From contig NC_068984.1 in NCBI RefSeq assembly GCF_001194135.2, positions 99,848,023 through 99,912,022 on the forward strand: a stretch of DNA of 64,000 nt, written 5' to 3'. The translations under genes were made by a program, and so were the position numbers. The first letter of the stretch is position 1. Every line of letters starts with the position of its first letter. Shown here piece after piece: positions 53,561 through 64,000 of this stretch. The DNA is from Octopus bimaculoides. Its lineage: Eukaryota. The notes below the pieces were generated by a model that was not told the DNA's origin, made no database searches, and was given only the letters and a program-made list of their open reading frames with translations.

Positions 53561-53906
53561 GAAAATGTACATATACCATGTATATACCTTCTTTCCCGGC
53601 TGCCTTGTGTAAAAATGATTGATTTGTATTGAAAACAGATGTTATTTGCATTCATTATAGCTTTGAATTTATGCAGTAAACAGTACTCTCTCTCTCTCTC
53701 TCTCTCTCTTATAGACACACACACACACTTTTTTTCTAATAAACTAAAGCAAAAGGTGTTCATTACATTATAAAGTATAATTATTCATTGTTTCTATGTA
53801 TGTAGAAGGTAAAGTTCAAAAGAGTTTAAAAAGTAGAAAGAGCAACATGGAAAGAATAAAGTACAATGAATACAGTAATAGTTTAATGCTTGAGATTAGT
53901 CTAGAG

Positions 53907-54413
53907 CAAGGGTTCCCAACCTTTTTTAAATGTGGACCACCAAAATAAGTAATTTTTTCCTGTGAACCACCTCTCATTTTAAATTTATTATAAGAGAACT
54001 GCTACTCATAAATATTAGTATCATTTTCACTTTGCAATGAAAGTTCCTTTTTCGTTCTTCTAAGAGACATCACAGAGAACAAATAACTGAGAACACCAAA
54101 AACAAAACCAATTTGCAAATGCACATGATTCTCAAGAAAGCTTTATTTGATAGAAGCGAATAAAAAAGGTTACCGAGTCATGGAAAACACCCCCTTTTAT
54201 TCAGGAAAAACAGCTGTACAGTTAGAATATAACAGTGTGAAGGGTAAATTAAAAAAATGTGAAGAGTGAAGTTGGGATCAGTACAAAAGATCGTGTAAAT
54301 GTTGGAGGGAATATAACAAATTCTTCAGGTGAACCACAGAAAATTTTCCATGGACCATCTAAATTACCTGTGGACCACCTAGTGGTCCACATGGACCAGG
54401 TTGGGAAACCCTG
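53907..54413. mobile_element. hAT (Charlie-like) MITE
   Basis: TIRs CAAGGGTTCCCAACC / GGTTGGGAAACCCTG; perfect 8-bp TSD GTCTAGAG at 53899-53906 and 54414-54421. Confidence 0.93.
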
Positions 54414-55269
54414 GTCTAGAGTGTCTTGACTCTTCAGACATTAGTTCTTCAGAATAAAAAGGAAATGAAGAGGAAACAGACTGAAAGAAAGAGAAGAAGG
54501 GGTGAGAGAGGGAGGGATGCACAGAGAGAGAGAGAGAGAGAGAGAAGGAGTGTGATGGATGCATGAATGTACAAATATTGTCAAGAAAATTTGTTGAATT
54601 TTAAATGCTAGTGTTAAGCATCGTAATTGAAGATTTAAATCAATAATTTTCGTCGTATCAATCGCATCTCATCTATTTAATGTTTGCTAGCCACTTTGCA
54701 ATCTCATAAATAATATTTACTGTTATATTTATTATAATTCTCTTTGTGAAATTCTTCATTATCTATTCCTCTAGAATCATCATTGTAGTCATTGTTCTGC
54801 TTTTTTTTTTTTTAGATAAATGGGTTTCTTATAGATATTCTTCGTTGAACTTTTGAAGTAGATCCGAAATTATTTATTCTGTTTAATTGAGCAACAATAA
54901 CTGATATCTTTCTTTTGTTTTTCTCTTAACTTACTCATTCATGAATGCAGGAATAGATCTTACTCGTCAAATTCTAAAGCCCACATTAGACCATTCTATC
55001 AGTTCACTTGTGTTCTTCGAGAACAATTTGATTATAAAATTCAGAATCATTAATTACATTTTCGAGGAAAATGAGAATCAAAAGTAAAATATACTAACGA
55101 TTGTACATCCACAAAAAAAAGACAAGATCAGACTTTGTAAATTCTAAATACATATGTGTGTGTGTGTGTGAGAGAGAGAGAGTGTGCATGAGAGTGTGTG
55201 TGTGTATTTGTGTGCGTGTGAGTATGTGTATATATGGCATTATATATATATGTACTTCTTTCTATTCTA

Positions 55270-55460
55270 AGCACTAGGCCTGAAATTTGGTGGGCAAGTA
55301 CAAATCAATTACATCACTCCTAGTACTCTACTGATATTTATTTTATTGACCCCCAAAGAATGAAAGGCAAAGTCAACTTTGGTGGAGTTTGAACTCAGAA
55401 TCATAGACAGATGAAATGTTATTGTGTTTTTTCTTGTATGCTAACAATTCTGCCAGCTTG
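55270..55460 (-). mobile_element. SINE family B
   Basis: aggcctgaaattt...ttttattgacccccaaagaatgaaaggcaaagtcaac...ctaacaattctgccagct. Confidence 0.8.
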
Positions 55461-55494
55461 TTACCTTAATATATACATATGATATTGTGTGTGT

Positions 55495-55533
<39 letters not shown>

Positions 55534-57748
55534 TATAGGGTTGGGTGTGTTGGGGTATAAGGATGGGTTCAAGTTAAGAATCATTTTGTTGCACCTTGGG
55601 TGAATATCTTCTACTATTCCCCAGGCTGACCAATAGCCGAGTAAGTTTGGTAAGGGGAAACTGTAAAAAACTCATCATGCATACATACATATATAAATAT
55701 ATATACATACACACACACACTGTGTGACAGACAGAGAGATATGTGTACTGTGTTTATGTTAAAATATGCATGAATGTTGATATTTTGTATGTCATTATGT
55801 GAGCAAAACGGTAATGTTCACATTCTTTGTTGACATTATGACTAGTCAGTTTGCTATTTCAAAGATGTGAAAAACACATGAGGACTGATGCCAGAAAGAA
55901 CCATAAAATCCTGCATCAAGTCCACTTCACATTTAAGCTGTGTCAGCATGGAAAAATGGATGTTAAATATACATGTTTGATCTACAAGTGATTATCTCCC
56001 TTACTATAACTTATGCCAGAAGATACCACATGTGTACATACATTCAATTAAGAATCCCTTGTTTGTAATTCCTAGAGCTGAAAGTGTTGTGGATTTTTTG
56101 ATTTCAGAATAATTTTGCTTGTTACAAGCTTGCTACAAGCTATCTGTCAATCAGACATCTGCTCTTTTCACACCTTCAAAATTGTGTAAAGTGATTGCTT
56201 CTTTAAAAATGACAAGTGTTAGTGACAGGAATGTCATCCAGCTGTAAAACAATCCCTCAGTAATATATTCATCTAACTCATGCTAACATGGAAAAAGGGA
56301 CATAAAACAAACAAACAAACAATATATAAGTTTGTGTGTGTGTGTGTGTGTGCATGCACATGTGTGAATATTTGCATTTTATGTTGCTCACCCACCATCA
56401 AATCTCTGCGCTACCAACCCATCAATATTTTTCTGTCAGTAAATCATTTAGTAGCTCAGCACCTTTGGAGACTCGAAAGCAGCTGAGGGCTTGCAAGAAG
56501 AAAGATATCTGGCTGTAAAAACATTACCTCAGTATTCATCTAACCCATGCTGGCATGAAAAAACAGATGTAAAATGAAATGAATGAACGAATATATATTT
56601 TTATATATTGGCAATGTTGATGATGATGAGCACACACACACATACACACGCATACACATAGATGTATGCATATGTATGTATGTATAGATAGATAGATAGA
56701 TAGATGTAATGTTGGACTTTGTAAAGAAAAACTGACTCGTGAAAAGTTATTAATGTAATGCTACATTTATATGTATTTATTGATTCTGGGTTTTGGTGTT
56801 TATTGTAATTTTATAATCATCTTCTATATGTATTAACTTGTAAAATATGAACCAATGGAGCAGCTTCTACATGGTCAATCGTTCTACTAGAAATGATAAC
56901 CAAATCTACTCCAAGTCACAGTCTACTGCTTTTGAAAAGGAAACAAGTAAGGGTCTGTAGTTTGATGTAGTCATTAATATACAGTAGATATGAAAGTAAA
57001 GATGAGAAAGTTATGACCAGAATCAGTTTTGATTATTGCTCTCCAAGATGATGACTGGTCTGAATTTAAACAACACATGTAACTATATTGCATTTATGAA
57101 CCTGCAAATAGGCTTCTATACTGCCACTCAAGCTTCTAGAAATAGTAACCAACTACTCCTCAAATTATAACCTGCTGTATTGTGTGCATCATGTGTATGT
57201 GTGTGTCATTTTATATACATATATTTATATATGTATGTATCTCTTGATCTATCTACAGGGTGTTTGAGCTAAATTTGATGATTTTCTTTATGTCACCTTT
57301 TTTACTTTTTTGGTGAACATTCAATAGTGCTGGAGAGCATAAAGATTGAAGTTGTAGTTCAGAAAAAGTTAGCAGACATGGAAGAATGGAAGCAATCTGA
57401 ATATTAGAAGTTGACATTATGACAGCAGCTCAATACTTTGTGAACATTGTAAAGGCTGTAAGACATGACATGGGCAGCTGCGACAGAGCCTACAGAACCA
57501 TGTCCAGCAGGGAGGGACACAGAAAGTGTTCTGACTACATCTGTATGCTAGAATTCATTCCCAGTGAAGAATGTTTGCACCAGGTTCCAGGGCTGTCTTG
57601 AAGCCATGGTGGAAACTGAGGATAGCTACTTCAAATAAGTTGTTATATCCCAACCATAATCTACAGTTCTATATTTAAGAGATGAGGAATTATGTACATT
57701 ATTTACATTATTTACATTTGACGGATATTTGTCCTCATCTTGTTTGTT

Positions 57749-57794
57749 AACACAACGTTTCGGCTGATATACCCTCCAGCCTTCATCAGGTGTC
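57749..57794 (-). ncRNA. Minimal type I hammerhead ribozyme, intact core
   Basis: Minus strand: GACAC CTGATGA A GGCTG GAGGGTATAT CAGCC GAAA C GTT|GTGTT. Stem I GACAC/GTGTT, stem II GGCTG/CAGCC, loopless palindromic stem III (AACGTT); predicted cleavage between 57754 and 57753. Confidence 0.82.
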
Positions 57795-57855
57795 TTGCGG
57801 AAATTTTGAACATGGGTTTTTATTCCTAAGGTATTTTTCGATGTTGTTGTTATTA

Positions 57856-57919
<64 letters not shown>

Positions 57920-58110
57920 CATTATTATTAATCATGCCTGGAATCGAACTCGGAATCTTGGGGTTAGTAGCCTGTGCTCTTAACCCCAAGATTCCTAGTT
58001 CGATTCCAGGCAGTGACCTGAATAATAATAATAAGAAGAAGAAGAAGAAGAAGAAAAATAACATCAAAAAATACCTTAGGAATGAGAACCCAGGTTCAAA
58101 ATTTCCCCAA

Positions 58111-58156
58111 GACACCTGATGAAGGCTGGAGGGTATATCAGCCAAAATGTTGTGTT
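58111..58156 (+). ncRNA. Hammerhead copy with a CpG-type mutated core
   Basis: GACAC CTGATGA A GGCTG...CAGCC AAAA T GTT GTGTT; CCGAAACG became CCAAAATG. Confidence 0.7.
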
Positions 58157-58554
58157 AACAACAAACAAGATGAGGACAAATATTCATCAATTGTAAATAA
58201 TGTAAATAATGTGCAATCACGATCTAGTTAATTTTTTGATTTTTTAAAAAGCTTTTGTTCTTGGATGGGATATTGTATTTTCTTTTCCTTTTATGCAAAC
58301 TGTTGAATTTACCCTAAACACCCTGTCTTCTTATCTGTCTGTGTGTATGCTTTACTAATACAATGTAGTAGTAACACACATAGTATTAATGCATAACACA
58401 TAGGATTATCCTCCCCCACTAGTGAAGCTACATGCACTTATGGTTAGAGTATTGATCTCACCATTATAGGGCTGTTGGTTTCACTGGGTGGCACTTCATT
58501 TTACCTTGCTCCAGTCTACTCAGTCAAGAACTAATACCAGCCAACTGTTGATGC

Positions 58555-58596
<42 letters not shown>

Positions 58597-60048
58597 TATA
58601 TCCTTGATATTCTACTAGGTCAAAGAAGAAGGTGCCTATGTCTGCTCTCGACTATAGAAACACCTAAAACTATTGGTGGAACCATGATATTTACTAACAA
58701 ACTCATTCTTGCTTGTGAGCAATGGGTTTCTTATAGATAGCATATCATATATAGCATATCGTTATGCCACTTTCATATAAACACACAGCATCTATAGATC
58801 ACATATTGTATTCTCTTATGCCATTCTCTTACAGATGTAATTCAAAGGACGCTTATGATAATTGATAAGGTTTGATGTTGTTGATCTGGCTGTTCTTGGT
58901 ATACTGTTGTTGCATTCATGTTACAACTTCTCAAAAGAGAGTAAAGACTGTTTTATTTGTGAAGAGGAATACAAATGCAAAGTATTTATTGTAAGGACCA
59001 ACAGGTTGGACAAGATAAAAAAGAATATGTGCCTTAGTAAGGGCCTGTGTAGAAATGGTTAGTTATTTGTTTGTCCAGACAAACAGAAGCTATTGTAGGA
59101 GTTTTAAAATAAGCAACAGGAAGAAACAGTCTGGTGATGTATCAGCTGGTTGTAGTATACTATGGAGTGAGTTTTAAGCCAAATAGTCAGACAGGGTTCC
59201 CAGTGTGTGAATATGTAGCATTAATATCCCCTTAAATTAAGCTTGCCAATACCATGAAAGGCATCTGTGCCCTTATTTTGGTTGTCAGTTCATACAGCTG
59301 GTCCTCTTGCATACACAGTAGGGCTGAATCACAGAGTTTTGTTAGATTTGTTGAAAGTTACCTAGAAGTCAGAACTGAAACATTTTCTAACATTGAAGAA
59401 GCCAAGTATTTTGGACAAGCTTCAGGATGTTATGTGTATGTGTAGAATGACAATACTGTCTTGTATATGTTGTCAGTTTTCCGATATGAGTTTTACTTGA
59501 GTTTTATAGTGGACCTGATGAGGGAAAAGTAATGTGTGCTATTATAAAACTCAGAGTAAAACATCTAATAGATCTACACCTTACTTCAGTTCTTGCTTTG
59601 AGGTGATGCCCATTTGCTATACTTATACTGCTAATGACTACAGGTCCCGGGAAAGGCATTTGTGTCACAACCTCCATTTCCCTCTTTCTCACAGAATTCT
59701 AATATTTTTGTTTAAGCCAAATAAAATAACAGAAAATGAATATATTTGCATTTTTAGCATTATCACTGTTGAATCATTGAAAACTTGTTCTTTAGATTCT
59801 CCTACATCATGTTCCTAGCAATAATTTTTTTTATTTATCCAGCATCATGTCCTCCTTTAACTTCGTTTAATCCATCTGGTGGGGACAAGATACACTAATG
59901 TTTGATAAATATATCTGTGGTAAATGTGAAATGTCACATGTCTCATTCATCCCAACAACAGATTTATATTATACTACATTTTTATTTAGTTTTGTACTTG
60001 TTTTATTTCTCCCTGCCACTCACCCTCTCCCTCCTTCTCTCTGTCTTT

Positions 60049-60080
<32 letters not shown>

Positions 60081-60702
60081 CTTGCCTTTTAATTGCTATT
60101 TCCTCCTCTTTTCCATTTTCTCTGCATCTTCTAAGACTCACCCTTTCCCACTCCCTTCATTTTCTTTTCCTTTCCCATCCATCCATTCCTTCCCTCCTAC
60201 TCTACTCATTCCCCTCTCTTCCCTCTTCATCCCATTCCAGACAATAATTTAAAGGACTCAGTAAATGAGGTCATCATTATCATCTTTCTCAAGTTAATCC
60301 AGTATCATTAACCTTTACACATCAACAATAATTCAGCCTGAGACTCTGATCTTTTGGCTTGTCCACTAAAACTGACTTGGATTAACAAAATGGATTTCAT
60401 ATTTATTTGTTTCTTCCGTGGTTGCTTAATTTCATTGTTTTTTTTTTTGTTTTTTGTTTTTGCCTTTTACTGATTTTGTTCCATTATTTTCATATTTAGT
60501 TTTTGTGGTAGTGCAATGACGAGGATGGTTGGTTTTATATTTTATTGTGTTGGAAATTGTAGCCCTTTCTCTTGGTCTCTGACTAATCACCACAACCATC
60601 CCATTACAAGTACTTAAAGTGGCACCAGTAGTCTGCAAACTTAGTGATGAACATATCACTTACATCATTAAGTAAATAATAATAATAATAATAATAATAA
60701 TG

Positions 60703-61085
60703 CTAGACAGAGAAGTATATCAGAATGAAAGTTAACAATAACTCAAAAGTTCTAAGCTAAATGCAGAGAAATGAAATATCTGACTTTACCTGCACTGGGT
60801 CAATTCCTAACCACAACTAATTATAAGAAGAAAATAAGGAAACAATATTTGAGCATCAAGTGTGGATGACGGAACTTATACAATGAGACAATTCACTATA
60901 TCATTTCAAGTAGCCCAATCTTTTCAAAATTAGAATAGAATACATCCACAGACAAAATCGAGTTGGCAGCTATGTTCACTGGGCAACATGCCTATAACTT
61001 CAATGTTAAAATGAAGAATTATCTACTAGATATTTCTGTATGAACAATGTGGCTCTGATATTCTGGGATATGGCTATGACCACTT
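60703..61085 (+). mobile_element. R4/Dong remnant (zinc knuckle to RLE start)
   Basis: Q*LKSSKLNAE...NETIHYIISSSPIFSK..YIHRQNRVGSYVHWATC...LIFWDM; parallels the copy at 62398-62985. Confidence 0.7.
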
Positions 61086-61689
61086 GCTAGCTTTCATTTT
61101 TACATCTGTTTATCGATGGTAGGCTATGTTTGAGGGATACATGTTACTGAGGCATTGTTTTTCAGCTGGATGCCTAACCCTTAGCTATTTTTAAAAGTAA
61201 AGGATCTCTTGTTTTACATGGCTTTGAAAGCACAGATCCAGCAAAGGATTTGTTGATAAGGGAATAGCAAGAATCTTCACTGCTTGTACCACATTGCTTT
61301 TTCATGTGAAGGTATGCAAGATGTAAACATTTGTATTCTAAAACACTAAAACAACACCAGAAATGCCAAAACAATTACCACAACAATGTCAAAACAGATG
61401 TAGTATACAGGCATAATTCTACGATACCTAAAGACAATGGTGTTTACATATGCTCCAAAAACACTGCATATCGGAACTACAAATCAATGATTAACTGAGG
61501 TTATCCATGCTCTTAGTGATAAAAACTCCTTCTAGTGTTCTTTATAATCTAAAACAAACAAGGAAAATAACTTTATGAAAGTCAACTGATTGAATTTTTT
61601 TTTTTTGGGGGGGGGGAAATATAGAGATGATACAGATGGAATTATCAAACAGTACAAAAACAATTAGTGTTATTATAATAATTGTTATT

Positions 61690-61909
61690 ATAGGGGCAGC
61701 AAGCTAGCGGAATCATTAAGTGTTGGACAAAATGCATAGCAGTATTTCTTCCAGCTCTTTGCATTCTCAGTTCAAATTCCCTGAGATAAACTTTGTTTTT
61801 CATCCTTTCAGGGTCAATAAAGAACAGTACCAGTCACGTACTGGAGTTGATAGTATTGACTTGTCTACTCCCTTAAAAATTGCTGGCTTGTGCCAAAATT
61901 GGCAAGAAA

Positions 61910-61943
<34 letters not shown>

Positions 61944-62160
61944 AAGGCGGTGAACTAGCAGAACCATTAGCATGTCAGGCAAAATGCTTACCAACATTTC
62001 CTCCATTCTTACGTTCTGACTTCAAATTCTGTCAAGGTTGGCTTTGACTTTCAGCCTTTCAAGGTCAATAAAATAAGTACTAATTGAACACTGGGGTCAA
62101 TGTAATTAACTAGCCTCCTCCCAAAAAATTTGGGGCCTTGAGCCTTTAGTAGAAAGAATT
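61690..62160 (+). mobile_element. Two tandem family B SINEs
   Basis: 61690-61910 and 61945-62160, separated by (ATT)n tails. Confidence 0.85.
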
Positions 62161-62397
62161 ATCATTATTACTAAAGTATGAAGACTGACATAACTCTTTA
62201 CTAGGGTAAATACACTATTAAAAGAATGCAATGTGTAATAATGAAAAACATATTGTCTTTGTTTATTACATCTTTCTTCCTCACATTCAAAATAAGACAA
62301 GAATAATGAAAAATGAAAAAGACATGGGATGGTCATATTTTGCCACTTAAAAGCACACTCTGTATATTTGATCTTCACTTCAGCTTTATTATTATGG

Positions 62398-62985
62398 GTA
62401 TGCATTGTGGTTTGTTGTGATGCCCTTAAGGGTTTTACATAGGATGTGTGCAGTGCCTAGTAGTGCAACATTCTGTATGTTATATATATTTGTAAGTCCT
62501 GGTGTTTTTGTTATGTATTTGTCTGAATATTCTTTGATCATACCTAGTGCGCCTATTATGATAGGAATTGTTTCTGGTTTTAGACTCCACATTTGAATTA
62601 CCTCTATTTCCAGGTCATTGTATTTTGAAAGTTTCCCCATTTCTTTTAGAGAAACATTGTCATCTGTTGGTATTGATACATCAATTAGAAAGCATGTTTT
62701 TCCTTCATGATCTTTGACAACTATATCTGGTCTATTGGCCTTAATTCCTCTACCTGTGTGTAATGGCATATCCCATAGTATGGTTGCTTTCTCATTTTCT
62801 GTGACCTTTTCTGGGATGTACCGATACCATCTTTTTCTGTTGTTATTCCATAGTGTTGGCATATCTTCCAGTGTATATAGGTCTCAGCTCCGTCATGTCT
62901 GTGAATATATTCCTTCTTAGCCAGGACTGGGCAACCAGAGACAATATGGTTTATTGCTTCTTATCTATCTCTACATATTTTTTGT
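62398..62985 (-). mobile_element. R4/Dong 3' fragment (RLE domain)
   Basis: EAINHIVSGCPVLAKKEYIHRHD...KATILWDMPLHTGRGIKANRPDIVVKD...FLIDVSIPTD...KLSKYNDLEIE...PIIIGALG...ALLGTAHIL. Confidence 0.92.
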
Positions 62986-63133
62986 TTTAATCAGTTACAA
63001 ACAAGTGGAACTTGATGGCTTTTGTTGAAGAAGCAATGCAGGATGCTCTAATTGAATTTTGGAATTTCTTTAACTTTTTATTTATTACTACTACCACTAC
63101 TGCTGCTGCTGCTGCTACTACTACTACTACTAC

Positions 63134-63535
63134 AGCAAGCTGGCAGAATTGTTAGCATGCTGGACAAAATACTTAGTGGTGTTTCATCTGTCTTTACATA
63201 TTGAATTCAAAAGCCACCAAGGTCAACTTTGCCTTTCATCCTCTCGGGGTTGATGAAATAAGTGCCAGTCATGCACTGGGGTTGATGTAATCGACTAGCC
63301 CCCTCCCACAAAATTTCAGGCCTTGTGCCTCATGGTTCCATAATAATAATGGTTTCAAATTTTGGCACAAGGCCAGCAATTTCAGGGGTAAACCAATTAC
63401 ATTGACCTCGGTGCTCAAATGGTACTCATTTTCTTGACCCTGAAAGGATGAAAGGCGAAGTTGACCTTGGCAGAAATTGAACTTAGAACACAAAAACAGA
63501 CAGAATGCCGCTAAGCATTTTGCCTGGTGTGTTAA
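63134..63535. mobile_element. Inverted (tail-to-tail) pair of family B SINEs
   Basis: 63134-63340 plus and 63350-63535 minus, sharing an (AAT) tail. Confidence 0.85.
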
Positions 63536-63842
63536 ATAATGATAATAATAATAATAATAATAATCATCCTTTCTACTATAGACACAAGACCTGAAATTTT
63601 GGGGGAGAGGGCTAGTGGATTACACTGATCCTAGAGCTCAGTTATTGTTGCAATAAAAGGTATGTTTACATATTTGGGTAGTCAGGGATTCATTTCATAC
63701 AAAATTTAATATATTAAAGTTTTAAAGTTTTCTTGAGATGTTCTTTTGTCTATCCAGTTGGAGAATACAGTAGTGTTTTTGCAATGAAAGGGATGTTTAC
63801 ATTTTCAAATACTCAGGGAGAAAGGAAAGGATAGGTATTCAC

Positions 63843-63912
63843 TCGACTAAAGGCGGTGCTCCAGCATGGCCGCAGTCAAATGATTGAAACAAGTAAAAGA
63901 GTAAAAGAGTAT
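63843..63912 (+). mobile_element. SINE family A 3' tip
   Basis: tcgactaaaggcggtgctccagcatggccgcagtcaaatgattgaaacaagtaaaagagtaaaagagt. Confidence 0.85.
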
Positions 63913-64000
63913 TATTGAGTGAGAGAGCAGTGCATGCCATCAAAGTGACACTGGGGTAAAATATACGAAGCCCAGTATACACATCATGACTATCCTTCTG

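Larger units (their letters stand above)
57664..58213. mobile_element. Fold-back element: tRNA-like head + (AAT)n + hammerhead, copy 2
   Basis: Arms are reverse complements around ttaa at ~57980-57983; flanked by caaccataatcta (57651-57663) and caatcacgatcta (58214-58226), a candidate 13-bp TSD with 3 mismatches. Confidence 0.88.
57256..58325 (+). mobile_element. maT/rosa-like Tc1-mariner element, internally deleted, hosting the hammerhead insertion
   Basis: TIRs cagggtgtttgagctaaattt / aatttaccctaaacaccctg, TA on the left; N-terminus MEEWKQSEY (57378); C-terminus NVCTRFQGCLEAMVETEDSYFK* (57570-57638). Confidence 0.72.

Noticed and set aside
54600-55130. CpG-retaining unique region as a promoter or minus-strand first exon
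   Set aside because: Two possible donors but no open frame or core promoter motif to support a call.

Overview
Eukaryotic, AT-rich, repeat-dominated DNA with four N gaps. The SINE and RTE repeat complement suggests a cephalopod, probably Octopus; this is an inference from recalled repeat families, not a database result. No intact host gene or autonomous transposon can be supported, and most ORFs in the track are microsatellite or N-gap artefacts. Recognisable content: decayed RTE and R4/Dong LINEs, a Penelope-like GIY-YIG remnant with a decayed hammerhead, an internally deleted Mag-type Gypsy element with both LTRs, PBS, PPT and TSD, mariner, Tc1, maT-like and hAT elements, a Helentron-type element, many tRNA-derived SINEs and microsatellites. 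The most unusual feature is a short element present twice (26878-27360 and 57664-58213). It is a head-to-head fold-back of a unit made of a tRNA-like Pol III promoter head, an (AAT)n tract and a minimal type I hammerhead ribozyme. One hammerhead (57749-57794, minus strand) has an intact core. It looks like a non-coding SINE/retrozyme hybrid that may be mobilised by Penelope-like elements. A possible cluster of very small exons at 29.7-31.4 kb is a weaker second lead.
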